Source of the DNA: Alphaproteobacteria bacterium
Lineage (GTDB): Bacteria > Pseudomonadota > Alphaproteobacteria > MPNO01
DNA length: 64,000 nucleotides
Direction: 5' to 3'
NCBI GenBank assembly: GCA_964291675.2
Contig: OZ219866.1
Coordinates: 2,368,001 to 2,432,000, forward strand
Below, one piece after another: positions 28,430-38,115 of the stretch. The notes under the pieces are model-generated. The model ran no database searches. It worked only from the letters and a program-made list of their open reading frames with translations, and was not told where the DNA came from. Both the position numbers and the translations under genes were made by a program. The first letter of the stretch is position 1. Every line of letters starts with the position of its first letter.

Positions 28430-29023
28430 ATGTCGAAGCACAACCTGACGCGGCGATCGGCAATGGCCGGCATTTCGGGCGCGGCGGCGGCAGCTTTACT
28501 CCGCTGGCCGGCGTCCGCCAGCCCGCTCGCGCCGCCGACGGTCTGCACCCACGGCACGCCGTCGCAGACCGAAGGGCCGCTGTACAAGCCGTCGACACCG
28601 CGTCGGGGCGACTTGCGCGAGCCCGACAGCGGCGGGGAGGAGCTGGTCCTCCACGGGCTGGTCCTGGCGCCCGGCTGCAAGCCCCTGCCCGGCGCGGTGA
28701 TCGACGTCTGGCATTGCGACGAGAACGGCCGCTACGACAATCGGGGTTTCCGCTATCGCGGCCATCAATTCGCCGACGCCGCCGGCGCCTTCCGCTTCCG
28801 CACGATCCGGCCCGGGCGGTATCCCGGGCGCACGCCGCATATCCATGTCAAGGTGCAGGGCCCGACGACGCCGCTGCTCACGACCCAGCTCTATTTCCCG
28901 GATTTGCCGTACGACAATATCGGCGATTCGCTCTACCGGGACGACCTCGCGCTGCGCCTGGAGCGCTCGGGCGGCATGTGGCTGGCGCGGTTCGACCTCG
29001 TGCTTCCGACGGGCCCGCGGTAG
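28430..29023 (+). CDS. Intradiol ring-cleavage dioxygenase-like protein with Tat signal
   Basis: LTRRSAMAG twin-Arg leader, QTEGPLY, IDVWHCDENGRY, PGRYPGRTPHIHVKV, TTQLYF. Confidence 0.85.
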   Translation: MSKHNLTRRSAMAGISGAAAAALLRWPASASPLAPPTVCTHGTPSQTEGPLYKPSTPRRGDLREPDSGGEELVLHGLVLAPGCKPLPGAVIDVWHCDENGRYDNRGFRYRGHQFADAAGAFRFRTIRPGRYPGRTPHIHVKVQGPTTPLLTTQLYFPDLPYDNIGDSLYRDDLALRLERSGGMWLARFDLVLPTGPR

Positions 29024-29032
29024 CCGGGCGCC

Positions 29033-29905
29033 TCAAGCCCCGAAGCGGGGCTCGGGCAGGCCGCGCACGCCGGGCTCCAGCGCGAACACCGCCCCGGCGA
29101 GGGGCTGCTTCCACAGCGCCTCGTCGGCGAGCGGGAAGGTCGCGCTGGTGACGTAGAGGGTCTCGAGGTCGGGGCCGCCGAAGGTGCAGGCCGTCGGCCG
29201 CTGCACCGGCACGCCGATGACGCGGTCGATCCTGCCGTCCGGTGCGTAGCGGGCGACCCGCCAGGCGCCGACGCAGCAGATCCAGTAATGGCCTTCCGCG
29301 TCCACCGCCGCGCCGTCGGGCCGGCCCTCGGTCGGGTCGTTGGCGGCGAACACCCGGCGGTTGGCGATGTCGCCGCTCTCCGGGTCGAGATCCCACGCCC
29401 AGATGAAGTCCCGGCGGCTGTCGGAGTGGTAGAGCGTCGTCCCGTCGGGGCCGAAGGCGAGGCCGTTGGGGCAGATCAGCCCGCCCATCACCGCCCGGCA
29501 GCTGCCGTCGGGGTCGTAGCGGTAGAGCGCGTTGGTCTCGCGGTCCATGGTCTCGATCATCCCGCCCACCCAGAACCGCCCCTGCGGGTCCGACCGCCCG
29601 TCGTTGAAGCGGACCTCCGGGTTGTCCGGCTCCAGATCGAACACCCGCTCGACGCTGCCGGACGCGAGGTCGATGAAGGCGATGCCCGACTGCATGCCCG
29701 CGATCAGCCGCCCGTCCCGGCAGAACGAGAAGCAGCCGATGCGTTCCGGCATCGGCCAGGACCGGCGCGCGCCGGTGGCCGGGTCGAGGCGCTCGACCGA
29801 GGGGCGGTAGATGTCGACCCAGTAGAGCGCCTGCTCGTCCTCGTGCCAGCGCGGCGACTCGCCGACGATGAAGCGCTCGTCCACCACGCAGCGGGGCTCG
29901 GTCAT
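29033..29905 (-). CDS. SMP-30/gluconolactonase/LRE family protein
   Basis: GESPRW, LYWVDI, RFNDGRSDPQGRFW, PNGLAF, PDGAAVD, CTFGGPDL. Confidence 0.92.
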   Translation of the reverse strand: MTEPRCVVDERFIVGESPRWHEDEQALYWVDIYRPSVERLDPATGARRSWPMPERIGCFSFCRDGRLIAGMQSGIAFIDLASGSVERVFDLEPDNPEVRFNDGRSDPQGRFWVGGMIETMDRETNALYRYDPDGSCRAVMGGLICPNGLAFGPDGTTLYHSDSRRDFIWAWDLDPESGDIANRRVFAANDPTEGRPDGAAVDAEGHYWICCVGAWRVARYAPDGRIDRVIGVPVQRPTACTFGGPDLETLYVTSATFPLADEALWKQPLAGAVFALEPGVRGLPEPRFGA

Positions 29906-29921
29906 GGCGCCGCCGCCGGCC

Positions 29922-31268
29922 TCACGAGAACTCGCCGGCGATCATCGCGTCGATGCGGGCCTGCGTCGCCTCCTGGCGGGTGCCCGGGGGCAGATCGCCG
30001 CTGGCGATGACGATCTCGGCGACCCGCCGGCCGAACCGCCTGACGACCGCGTCGTCGTCGGTTCCGGGCTTCCGGGGCACGCGGCAAACCAGCTCGATGT
30101 TGTAGGTCGGCACCGGGGCGCCGTCGACGCGTGCCGGCCAGTCGAGCCTGTCGCCCCGCTTGACCGCGCGGATGCCGCGGCGGATCTGGCGCCTCGCCAT
30201 GATCACGCCCTCGTCGGTGACGCCGCGGGTCTCGTTGGCGTGGACCGTGACCGGCCCCTGCGCGACTTGCGCCTCGAAGTCGCCCGGGTTGCGCTGGCCC
30301 TCGGCGTGGCTGGGCGCCGCGACCTGGCCGGGGAAGTCGACCTTGCCGAGGCCGATCCCGTCCGGGTCGCCGGTCTCGTGCGGATCGATCACCGGGTTGA
30401 AATGGCGCAGCCCGATCGCATAGGCGTTGGTGTCGTCGATCGGGACGATCCAGCGCGAGACCCAGGCGCACAGCGCGAACTTCTCCTCCGAGGCGACCTC
30501 GGCGAGGCCGAACTGCGCCGCGTTGGGCAGGATCACGTCGCTCGCCCGCACCCAGAGAAAGTCGTCCCAGCGCCGGGTCCCGAGCGACAACAGCCCGATC
30601 GGCGTCTCGAAGAAGGAGAGCGTTGGCAGGGCCTGGTACTGCTCGCTGAACTGGAGCTCGTTGCCGCGCGCGTGCAGGAAGCAGGTGTGGATGGGATCGG
30701 CCCCGTTCTCGTGCGACTGCAGCCAGTTGCACGGGTTGTGGATCTTGTAGGGCAGCAGGCGGTTGCCCTCGGGATAGACCCAGCTGTCGTAGACCGGAAA
30801 TTCCGGCATCTCGTCGGGCGGGCCCATATAGGCGAACACCAGCCCGGCATATTCGCGGGTCGGGTAGGCGCCGTGGCAGAGCTTGTCCCTGATCCGGCTG
30901 CGCGGCGGCTCGCCCGGCGTCTCCAGAATCGTCCCGTCCACGTCGTAATGCCAGCCGTGGTAGCAGCAGCGGATGCCGCGCTGCTGGATGAAGCCGTATT
31001 CGAGCGAGGTGTTGCGGTGGCTGCAGCGCAGATGCAGCAGTCCCACCCGGCCGTCGAGGTCGCGGAACAGCACCAGCTCCTCGTCGAGGATGCGGATCGC
31101 GAGCGGCAGCTCGCCGAGCTCCGACGAGAGCGCGATCGGATGCCAGAAGCGGCGCAGATACTCGCCGCCCGGCGTGCCCGGGCCGACATGGGTCAGCTCG
31201 GAGTCTTCCCGTTCGCTCCGGCGGCGGTGATAGCCGCCGAACTTCACGTTTCGCATGGTGGTGGACAT
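29922..31268 (-). CDS. Rieske oxygenase alpha subunit (phthalate dioxygenase / O-demethylase-like group)
   Basis: LTHVGPGTPGGEYLRRFWHP, CSHR..CCYHGW, CNWLQSHENGADPIHTCFLH. Start after GGAGG. Confidence 0.9.
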   Translation of the reverse strand: MSTTMRNVKFGGYHRRRSEREDSELTHVGPGTPGGEYLRRFWHPIALSSELGELPLAIRILDEELVLFRDLDGRVGLLHLRCSHRNTSLEYGFIQQRGIRCCYHGWHYDVDGTILETPGEPPRSRIRDKLCHGAYPTREYAGLVFAYMGPPDEMPEFPVYDSWVYPEGNRLLPYKIHNPCNWLQSHENGADPIHTCFLHARGNELQFSEQYQALPTLSFFETPIGLLSLGTRRWDDFLWVRASDVILPNAAQFGLAEVASEEKFALCAWVSRWIVPIDDTNAYAIGLRHFNPVIDPHETGDPDGIGLGKVDFPGQVAAPSHAEGQRNPGDFEAQVAQGPVTVHANETRGVTDEGVIMARRQIRRGIRAVKRGDRLDWPARVDGAPVPTYNIELVCRVPRKPGTDDDAVVRRFGRRVAEIVIASGDLPPGTRQEATQARIDAMIAGEFS

Positions 31269-31407
31269 CCCGCGCCTCCGTCGTCCGGACAACAGTCTAT
31301 GGGGCGACGCGGCGGGCCGACAAGGTGGGATCGGGCGGCTTGACCGCGCCTGCGGGCAGGGCGCAGGGTCCGCGCCGGTCCCACAATTGCCGGACGAGGC
31401 GAACCCG

Positions 31408-31803
31408 ATGACAGCACCGATCTTCCACATGGCGGCCGGCGCGCCGACGCCGGTCGCACCCTTCAGCCACGCGGTCGAGACCGACGGCTGGGTCTTCGTC
31501 ACCGGTCAGATGCCCAACGATCCGGAGGACGAGGCCGCGCCCTTGCCTGCCGGCATCGAGGGCCAGACCCGGAACGTCATGGCCAATCTCGCCACCGTGC
31601 TCGCCTCGCTCGGCCTCGGCTTCGAGCACGTGCTCGTAGCCCGGGTCTACCTCACCCGTTTCAAGGAGGACTACGCGGCGATGAACGCGGTCTACGGGAC
31701 CTATTTCGCGCCCGGCCGGCTGCCCGCGCGCACCTGCGTCGGGGTCACCGGGCTCGCCCTCGATGCGCGGGTCGAGATCGACCTGCTGGCGCGCCGGCCG
31801 TAG
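31408..31803 (+). CDS. Rid (RidA/YjgF) family protein, Arg-containing
   Basis: PVAPFSHAV, VFVTGQMP, MNAVYGTYF, LPARTCVGV (catalytic Arg present), VEIDL. Confidence 0.9.
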   Translation: MTAPIFHMAAGAPTPVAPFSHAVETDGWVFVTGQMPNDPEDEAAPLPAGIEGQTRNVMANLATVLASLGLGFEHVLVARVYLTRFKEDYAAMNAVYGTYFAPGRLPARTCVGVTGLALDARVEIDLLARRP

Positions 31804-31824
31804 TCCCGCCGGCGCGGTCGAGGC

Positions 31825-31933
31825 CGTCCTTCGATACGCGGCTTCGCCGCTACTCAGGATGAGGGGAAGTTGGCGTGGCCAAGCAAAATCCCCTCATCCC
31901 GAGTAGCCCCCGAAGGGGGCGTATCGAGGGACG
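31825..31933. repeat. REP doublet (REPIN-like), copy 3
   Basis: Same arms, 27-nt spacer, between convergent genes. Confidence 0.9.
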
Positions 31934-31946
31934 CCGCGCCCATCGG

Positions 31947-32990
31947 CTACCGGGAGCGCGCGTAGTCTTCCGCGAGACCCTGCAAGGTCGCGAGGTTCTC
32001 CACCCCGGGGCGAAGCTCCCCGCGCTCGATGCGCCGCGCCAGCTCGGTGACCGCCTCGCAGGCCGGGGCGGCCGTGCCGAGCTGCCGCGCCCTGGCCGCG
32101 ACAAGGCCGTTGAGATCTTCCAGCTCGCTCTTCCGGCCCTTTTCCCAGTCCTGCAACACCACGCCTTTGGTGTTGGGCAGGACGAAGCCGCTCATCAGCT
32201 TGTCCAGCAGGGTCTCGACCAGGCGGTTCGAATCGGTGACGTCCTTCTCCGACAGGCCAAATATGGGCCGGCGTTCGAAGCCCAGCGCATCGCCGATGTC
32301 CATCGCCTCCTGTCCGGCGCGCAGCATGAACGCGCGCATGCCCGGCACGGTCTCCGCATCCACGATCGAAAGGTCGAGGCACGCGGTCGTCGCCAGCGTG
32401 GTGCAGTTGCTGACGAGCTTCATCCACTTGGCCGCCAGTATGTCGTCGCTGGTCTCGCAGGCGCCGGCATGCGATAGCAGTTCCACCACCTCCGCCTCGC
32501 GGCCCCTCGTGGCCGGATGGAAGCTGCCGACGGCGAACCAGGAGCGCGCGGGCGGCGAATGGCGTTCGACGATCCCCGGCGTGAACAGGCCGGACGAGAT
32601 CTCGATTACGCATCCGAGCGTGCGTTCCGGCCCGACCGCCTCGGCCACGGTCTCGGCGGTCATGCCGTTCTGGACCGCGACCAGGAGGCCGTCGCGCTTC
32701 AGATAGGGCTCGATGAGCTGGCTGGACCACCTTGCATCGTAAGCCTTGGTGACCACCAGCACGACGTCGAAGGGTTCCGTGAGCGTGCAGACATCGCAGA
32801 TGTGGAGCGCGCGGACCTGCCGGACGATTGTTTCCTCCGGCATCACGACGGCGGCGCCGTTCTCGCGCATGGCCTCGACATGGGCCGGCCACTGGTCGAT
32901 CAGCGTCACGTCGTAGCCCGCGCCGACGAGGTCGACGCCGATCGAGGTGCCGTTGGCGCCGCTTCCGACGACGGCGATCCTCCCCGCCAC
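31947..32990 (-). CDS. Ketopantoate reductase (PanE/ApbA) family oxidoreductase
   Basis: IAVVGSGANG, VTKAYD, VQNGM, KWMKLVSN, LQDWEKGRKSELEDLNG. GTG start inferred. Confidence 0.85.
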   Translation of the reverse strand: MAGRIAVVGSGANGTSIGVDLVGAGYDVTLIDQWPAHVEAMRENGAAVVMPEETIVRQVRALHICDVCTLTEPFDVVLVVTKAYDARWSSQLIEPYLKRDGLLVAVQNGMTAETVAEAVGPERTLGCVIEISSGLFTPGIVERHSPPARSWFAVGSFHPATRGREAEVVELLSHAGACETSDDILAAKWMKLVSNCTTLATTACLDLSIVDAETVPGMRAFMLRAGQEAMDIGDALGFERRPIFGLSEKDVTDSNRLVETLLDKLMSGFVLPNTKGVVLQDWEKGRKSELEDLNGLVAARARQLGTAAPACEAVTELARRIERGELRPGVENLATLQGLAEDYARSR

Positions 32991-32992
32991 GG

Positions 32993-34159
32993 TCAGGCCC
33001 ACAGCGCGCGGCTGGCGATGCGCGCGCCCTCGGCGAGCGCCTGGAACTTCGCCCACACGACGCTCGGATGGACTTCGGGCGTCGCGCTCGCGTTGGTGCC
33101 GAAGCCGCAATCGCCGCCGGCGATCACGTTCTCGCGCCCGACCAGGCCGGCGAACCGCATGATCCGCTCGGCGATCAGCTCCGGGTGCTCGACGAGAACC
33201 GAGGAATGGGTGATCACGCCGGGAATGAGAAGCTTCCCTTCGGGCAGGCGGGTCTCCTTCCAGAGCTGCCATTCGTGCTCGTGGCGCGGGTTCGCCGCCT
33301 CGAAGGAGAACGCGCCGGCCTCGATCTCCAGCACGATGTCGAGCACCCAGCCGAGCTCGACCTCGTGCACCCGCGGCCCCATGTTGATGCCGTAGCAGGT
33401 GTGATAGCGCACCCGGTCGGCGGGCACCCCCTCCAGCGCGTAGTTGATCGCCTCGACCTGGGCTGCGAGCCATTTCCGGTAGTCGGCCATCTCCAGCTCC
33501 GGCGTCTTGACGTAGTGGGTGACCAGATGCGGATCGTCGATCTGAAGGATGAAGCCGGCATCAACGATCGCGCGGTATTCCTCGTTCATCGCATCCGCGA
33601 TCGCGTAGAGGAATTCCTCGTCCGAGGCATAGTGCTCGTTCCTCTGGTTGCCCGCGACATCGACCGGCGAGATGGCGGGCACGAAGGCCTCCGCCGCGCC
33701 ATGGGCGTCGACGGCGGCGCGCAGATTGGCGAGGTCGCGGTCGAGCCGTTGCCGCCCCCGGTAGCGCACCGGCCCGCCGCAGACCATCTCGGCCGCCGGG
33801 AGCAGCGCGCCGGGGCCGTGCGGGCGGACGGACTCGTAGAACTCGGGGAAGGCCAGCGCCTCGCGCGAGCCGCCCCAGGGAATGCCCCGCGGCCGGGGTC
33901 GCGCCTCGTAGCCCGCCAGGCGCTCGTTGGCGTAGACCGCAAATCCGCGCTTGGAGAACTCGCCGTCGTCGACGATGTCGATGCCGAGCGCGACCTGGCG
34001 GGCGACCACCGCGTCGACCGCCTCCTCGAGCAGGGCCTCGTATGCGGCGCGGTCGATCGCCACCCCGCGGTCCTCGGCGACGAACGCCTCGATCAGCTTC
34101 CGCGGCCGCGGCAGGCTTCCGACATGGGTGGTCAGGATCCGCTCCGCGCTGTTCCTCAT
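32993..34159 (-). CDS. Cobalamin-independent methionine synthase II family (MetE catalytic-domain-only; XecA-like group)
   Basis: TTHVGSLPRP, DGEFSK, LQIDDP, Zn ligands HTCYG and DCGF, FEAANPRHEHEW. Confidence 0.88.
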   Translation of the reverse strand: MRNSAERILTTHVGSLPRPRKLIEAFVAEDRGVAIDRAAYEALLEEAVDAVVARQVALGIDIVDDGEFSKRGFAVYANERLAGYEARPRPRGIPWGGSREALAFPEFYESVRPHGPGALLPAAEMVCGGPVRYRGRQRLDRDLANLRAAVDAHGAAEAFVPAISPVDVAGNQRNEHYASDEEFLYAIADAMNEEYRAIVDAGFILQIDDPHLVTHYVKTPELEMADYRKWLAAQVEAINYALEGVPADRVRYHTCYGINMGPRVHEVELGWVLDIVLEIEAGAFSFEAANPRHEHEWQLWKETRLPEGKLLIPGVITHSSVLVEHPELIAERIMRFAGLVGRENVIAGGDCGFGTNASATPEVHPSVVWAKFQALAEGARIASRALWA

Positions 34160-34269
34160 GATCCGCTCCTTCCCGGCTGTCGTCGCCATTCAAGCCGGAT
34201 TCGGGTTGCCGCGGTAGTGCCGATGGACCGAACATGTGCGGTGACGACAATCGATGGCGGGACCTACCG

Positions 34270-35037
34270 ATGAGCGCTCCGTGGCCCCTGGCCTGCCGGC
34301 AATGGCAGGGCGCGCGTCGCTACCAGGAGGACGCGTTCGCGACCCGCGAGATCGACATGGCGGGAAGCGGGGAGGCGGCCGCGCTGCTGCTCGTGCTTGC
34401 CGACGGGATGGGCGGCGCGGCCGGCGGCGCGGTGGCGAGCCGTATCGCGACCGACGCGTTCATCGGCGAATTCGCCGGCCTCGCCGGCACGGTTGCCGAC
34501 CGGTTCCGGGGCTGCCTGGATGCGGCGACCGCCCGGCTGCGGCAACGGGAGACCGAAGACAGGCGGCTCCTCGGCATGGGCACCACCGTGGTCGCCGCGC
34601 TGCATGACGGGCGCGGCATCGACTGGCTGAGCGTCGGCGATTCGCCGATGTGGCTGTTCGCCGACGGCAGGCTGGAGCGGCTGAACGCGGATCATTCGAT
34701 GGCGCCCATGCTGGCGGAGCTGGTGCGGCGCGGAGAGCTGACGCCCGACGAGGCGCGCCACGACGGGCGCCGCCACATGCTGCGCTCCGCGGTGACCGGC
34801 CGGCCCGCCGAGCTGGTCGATCGCGGGTACCGCGCCTGCCGCCTGCTGCCGGGCGAGCACCTGTTGATCGCCAGCGACGGGCTGGAGACCCTGCCGGAAG
34901 AACGGATCGCGCGCGAGCTCGCCGGGACGCGGGGCGATGCCGATGCGGCGGCCGAAGCGCTCGAATCCGCGCTGCGCGCCGCCGCGGGTCCCTACCAGGA
35001 CAACGCCACCTTCCTGCTGCTGTCGGCCGGCCGCTGA
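34270..35037 (+). CDS. PP2C-family Ser/Thr protein phosphatase
   Basis: RRYQED, LADGMGG, MGTT, VGDSP, LNADHS, ASDGL, QDNAT. Confidence 0.9.
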   Translation: MSAPWPLACRQWQGARRYQEDAFATREIDMAGSGEAAALLLVLADGMGGAAGGAVASRIATDAFIGEFAGLAGTVADRFRGCLDAATARLRQRETEDRRLLGMGTTVVAALHDGRGIDWLSVGDSPMWLFADGRLERLNADHSMAPMLAELVRRGELTPDEARHDGRRHMLRSAVTGRPAELVDRGYRACRLLPGEHLLIASDGLETLPEERIARELAGTRGDADAAAEALESALRAAAGPYQDNATFLLLSAGR

Positions 35038-35057
35038 GGACGGCCCGTCCCGCGCCG

Positions 35058-37832
35058 CTACCAGCGCCCCGACCCGCTCAGCATCAGCCTGTGTTCCGGC
35101 GCGCCGTAGTTGTCCGCGGGGTCCCGGCGGGTTGCCGTCAGACCGAGATCGAACGGTATCGCGCCGCGCTGCGCCGGGGTGAATTGCCAGTCGAGGATGT
35201 ATTCCCGACGGCCGTTCGAGAGCGCGAAGCCGAGACCCGGCGTCGCCGTGAACCGGTTCCCCGGCGCCGCGAAGCCATAGCCCAGCCGGAACGAGAGGCG
35301 ACGTTGCCCGAGCTCGTTCGCGGCGGGACCGGCCGGGGTGTCGCGCTCGAGCAGGGCCGCGGCGCGGTTCCCGACCGGGGCCCCTGTCGATTGGGCGAGC
35401 GTCAGCGAGACCCCGCGGCCGGATTGCGGTCTCTGGTTCCAGGCCACCGACCAGGACAGCCCGCGCTCGAGAATTCGGCCTGACTGGTGCGTCAGGAAAG
35501 CGCCGGCGTTGGCTTCCGCCGCCAGCCCGATTCGCGGAAACCGCCATGCGAGCCCGGCGTCGAATTCGCTTCCGAAGCCGGTCTCCGCGTCGCCGCGGTC
35601 ATAGCGCATGCCGACTTCGAGGCGCGGCGTCAGCTTTCCCTCGCCGCGCGTCCGGATGCCCCGCAACGCCCACTCCACCCCGAGGCGGAGCAGCGTCACC
35701 TCGGCCTTTGTCGCCGCGAGGTTCCCGCTCCTTGCCGAAGTCGCGAGCACGGCGAGTGCGTCCGATTTCACCGCGATCTCCATGCCGCCCGATGCCCGCT
35801 CCGAAAGAACCACCCCGCGCATGCCGGCGGCCGCCATGGCGAGGCCCAGGTCGGTGCCGACCGCCCGGTCTCCCTGCGGCTTGAGCGTCAGCTTGCCTCT
35901 GCCGTAGCCGGCGACGCCCCACAGCGTCACCCACTCGTTCGGCCGGTAGCGCGAATAGGGGTAGAACCCCGTCAGGCGCGACGTGAGCTTGCCCCTCCCG
36001 TCGCCCCGGTAGCCGCCTTCGCCCCGGGTTCGCACCAGGAGCAGGCCGGCCGTGAACGCCTCCTGCCGCCAATCCGCCCCCATCATCAGGCTGCTCACCC
36101 GGCCCTCGATCGCGGCACCGCTCTCGCGTCCGTCGAAGCTCGAGACCGCCGCTCGAACTCCCAGCCCGGCCGAACCGCCGTCCGGCGTCCTCGCCCCCAG
36201 CGTGAAGGAGGACCCGAGCAGCAGGCCGCCCTCCGTCACCCGCCATGGCCGGAACGCCACCCCGGTTGCGCCGTCCTCCGCGTTGTCCGGTCCGCGGCTT
36301 CCGACGCGCTCCCCGCCCGGGCTCTCCTCGAATCCGGGGACGGGGAGGGACGCAATCCGATCCTCGACCGCATCGCCGACCTGCCGCGCCGCCGTGCGGG
36401 CGAACCGTGCAAGCCAGGGGCGCAGCATTCGATCGTCGATGCGGTCCGGGCTGTTGGTACGCCCGGCCCCCGGCGGCGACCATTCGCTCGGCCGCACTCC
36501 GTTGCGCGCCCGCACCCGGACCTGGTACAGCGTCCCCGGCGCCAGCCGCCCGATGGTCGTCCGCGTGCGCGTGCCGTCATGCGCGTGATCCGCCCATCGC
36601 CCGGCCGTCCCTTCCCGGAACTGCAGGTCGTAGCCGATGAGCGGGGGGCCGCCGTTGCGGTCCGGCGCGCTCCAGGTCGCGGAAAGCTGGGTCGCGGTGC
36701 CGCGGATCGCCGTCACGCGGGGGGGCTCCGGCCTGTCCGGCCGCTCGTCCGGGTCGACGATACGGGCCATGCCCGGCACGACCGTGTCGGTGGCGTCGCT
36801 GGTCAGGCTCGCGGGGCCGCATTGGTCGTCGCGGAAACCGACCCTCACCCTGATCTTCCTGCCCCGGTCGGCTTCGACAAGCGTGTAGCTGCGAGACGTC
36901 GCGCCGTCGATGTCCGTCGGGTTCGACGTGCCGTCCGCGTCCACCCGCACCCACTGGTACCGGAAGATCGCGGCGTTCAGCCCGTCCGGGTCTTCGATGC
37001 CGCTCGTCGACGCGGACAGCGTCCTCCCGACCTGCGCGGTCCCTGAAATCGTCGGCGCGCCTGTCGCCGCGCCGTCGGTGCCGAAACCCGCGACGGTGCC
37101 CTTGACCCGAATCTTCATAGCGTATCTGCGCGTCTCGGCTATCCACGACGAGCCGCGGCTTCGCTTGTAAGGCTCACCGATGTTCCAGCCCGCGGCCGCA
37201 CCCGGGTCCAGACCCTCCGACAAGAGCGTCTGGCGCCATCGCGGTGCGCCGGCGTCGGCCGTGCCATTGCCGTTCTGCGTCGGGACGGTGGCGGGACCGT
37301 CATATGCCAGCATCACCCAATACTTCGATCGTCCGCACAGCTTGGCGCCGCCGGGCGCCGCGAACTCGTTCAGGCCCGCCGAAAGTGAGGCGGGGTGGGT
37401 CATCGTGTACAGGTCGGCCGCGCCCGGAGAGCCCGCGGAATCCCGCCTGATCGAGACGGTCAACGGGGCGGTTCCGGTGGGTCTCACGGCGAAATCCAGG
37501 ACGATGCCGGTGAGGACGTATCCGATGCTCTCGCTCCCCGTGCCGAAAGGCTGGGCGCGGGGGGCGATTTCGGAAATCAGGCGGTGCCCGCCATGGACTC
37601 GCGCCACATTGCTGACCAGGGTGGTCGCGGTCTGGGACTGCGCGGTTTGAGGACAAACGGCCGCCAGGGCCGACACTAGGAGGACCGCCCACCCGCGTGC
37701 CCAGGACAGCGGGCGCGCGGCGAGCGCTCCCGGTGCTCCCGTGTCCATCGCCGCGAATCCGTCGGCGGCAAATTGCCCGGTCGCCCGATCGAGTTCGGGC
37801 CGGTCCGATATGACCGTCGCCAAATCCGCCAA
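35058..37832 (-). CDS. Autotransporter/surface protein with Ig-like and fibronectin type III passenger domains
   Basis: Signal-like AVLLVSALAAVCPQTAQS, ATGAPTISGTAQVG..YQW module, Fn3 (WSAP..GYDLQFR..LAPGTLYQVRVRARN..EWS), WLARFART linker, barrel strands (PRLEVGMRYDRGDAETGFG), terminal Trp. Start uncertain (alternative 37748). Confidence 0.8.
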   Translation of the reverse strand: MADLATVISDRPELDRATGQFAADGFAAMDTGAPGALAARPLSWARGWAVLLVSALAAVCPQTAQSQTATTLVSNVARVHGGHRLISEIAPRAQPFGTGSESIGYVLTGIVLDFAVRPTGTAPLTVSIRRDSAGSPGAADLYTMTHPASLSAGLNEFAAPGGAKLCGRSKYWVMLAYDGPATVPTQNGNGTADAGAPRWRQTLLSEGLDPGAAAGWNIGEPYKRSRGSSWIAETRRYAMKIRVKGTVAGFGTDGAATGAPTISGTAQVGRTLSASTSGIEDPDGLNAAIFRYQWVRVDADGTSNPTDIDGATSRSYTLVEADRGRKIRVRVGFRDDQCGPASLTSDATDTVVPGMARIVDPDERPDRPEPPRVTAIRGTATQLSATWSAPDRNGGPPLIGYDLQFREGTAGRWADHAHDGTRTRTTIGRLAPGTLYQVRVRARNGVRPSEWSPPGAGRTNSPDRIDDRMLRPWLARFARTAARQVGDAVEDRIASLPVPGFEESPGGERVGSRGPDNAEDGATGVAFRPWRVTEGGLLLGSSFTLGARTPDGGSAGLGVRAAVSSFDGRESGAAIEGRVSSLMMGADWRQEAFTAGLLLVRTRGEGGYRGDGRGKLTSRLTGFYPYSRYRPNEWVTLWGVAGYGRGKLTLKPQGDRAVGTDLGLAMAAAGMRGVVLSERASGGMEIAVKSDALAVLATSARSGNLAATKAEVTLLRLGVEWALRGIRTRGEGKLTPRLEVGMRYDRGDAETGFGSEFDAGLAWRFPRIGLAAEANAGAFLTHQSGRILERGLSWSVAWNQRPQSGRGVSLTLAQSTGAPVGNRAAALLERDTPAGPAANELGQRRLSFRLGYGFAAPGNRFTATPGLGFALSNGRREYILDWQFTPAQRGAIPFDLGLTATRRDPADNYGAPEHRLMLSGSGRW

Positions 37833-38088
37833 ATTTCTGTTCCGATTCCCGGCCTGGGCCGGCGCGCGGCTCCGTCACCGCTCGTCGTTTCGAGTCCGGT
37901 CAAGCATGTCGTGGCCCCGATCTCCGTTTTCCAATCACTTATGCGTGCGCAGCCGGGGTGGGCCAAAACCGGCGTTCGCCCGTGCGCCGGAACCCTGTCG
38001 GAGTCCCCTGCGAGCCTATATTCTGGTTCCCCGGTGAGGCGCCCTTCGGACAGGCGATCCATCGGATCCGGCACCGGAGGGCGGAAAC

Positions 38089-38115
38089 ATGGCCGATCGC
38101 GAGCGTCGCCGGTGA
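38089..38115 (+). other. Candidate 8-codon leader ORF (MADRERRR) coupled to the MFS gene
   Basis: GGAGG at 38076, ATG at 38089, TGA at 38113-38115 overlapping the in-frame GTG (38112) of the MFS ORF. Confidence 0.35.

Noticed and set aside
25668-28598. 976-aa ORF as a giant fusion; likewise 12049..14091, 37958..41080, 52236..54473 and 57777..59990
   Set aside because: Only the C-terminal part of each has recognisable motifs and a plausible internal start. The upstream part is an off-frame read-through of the neighbouring gene.
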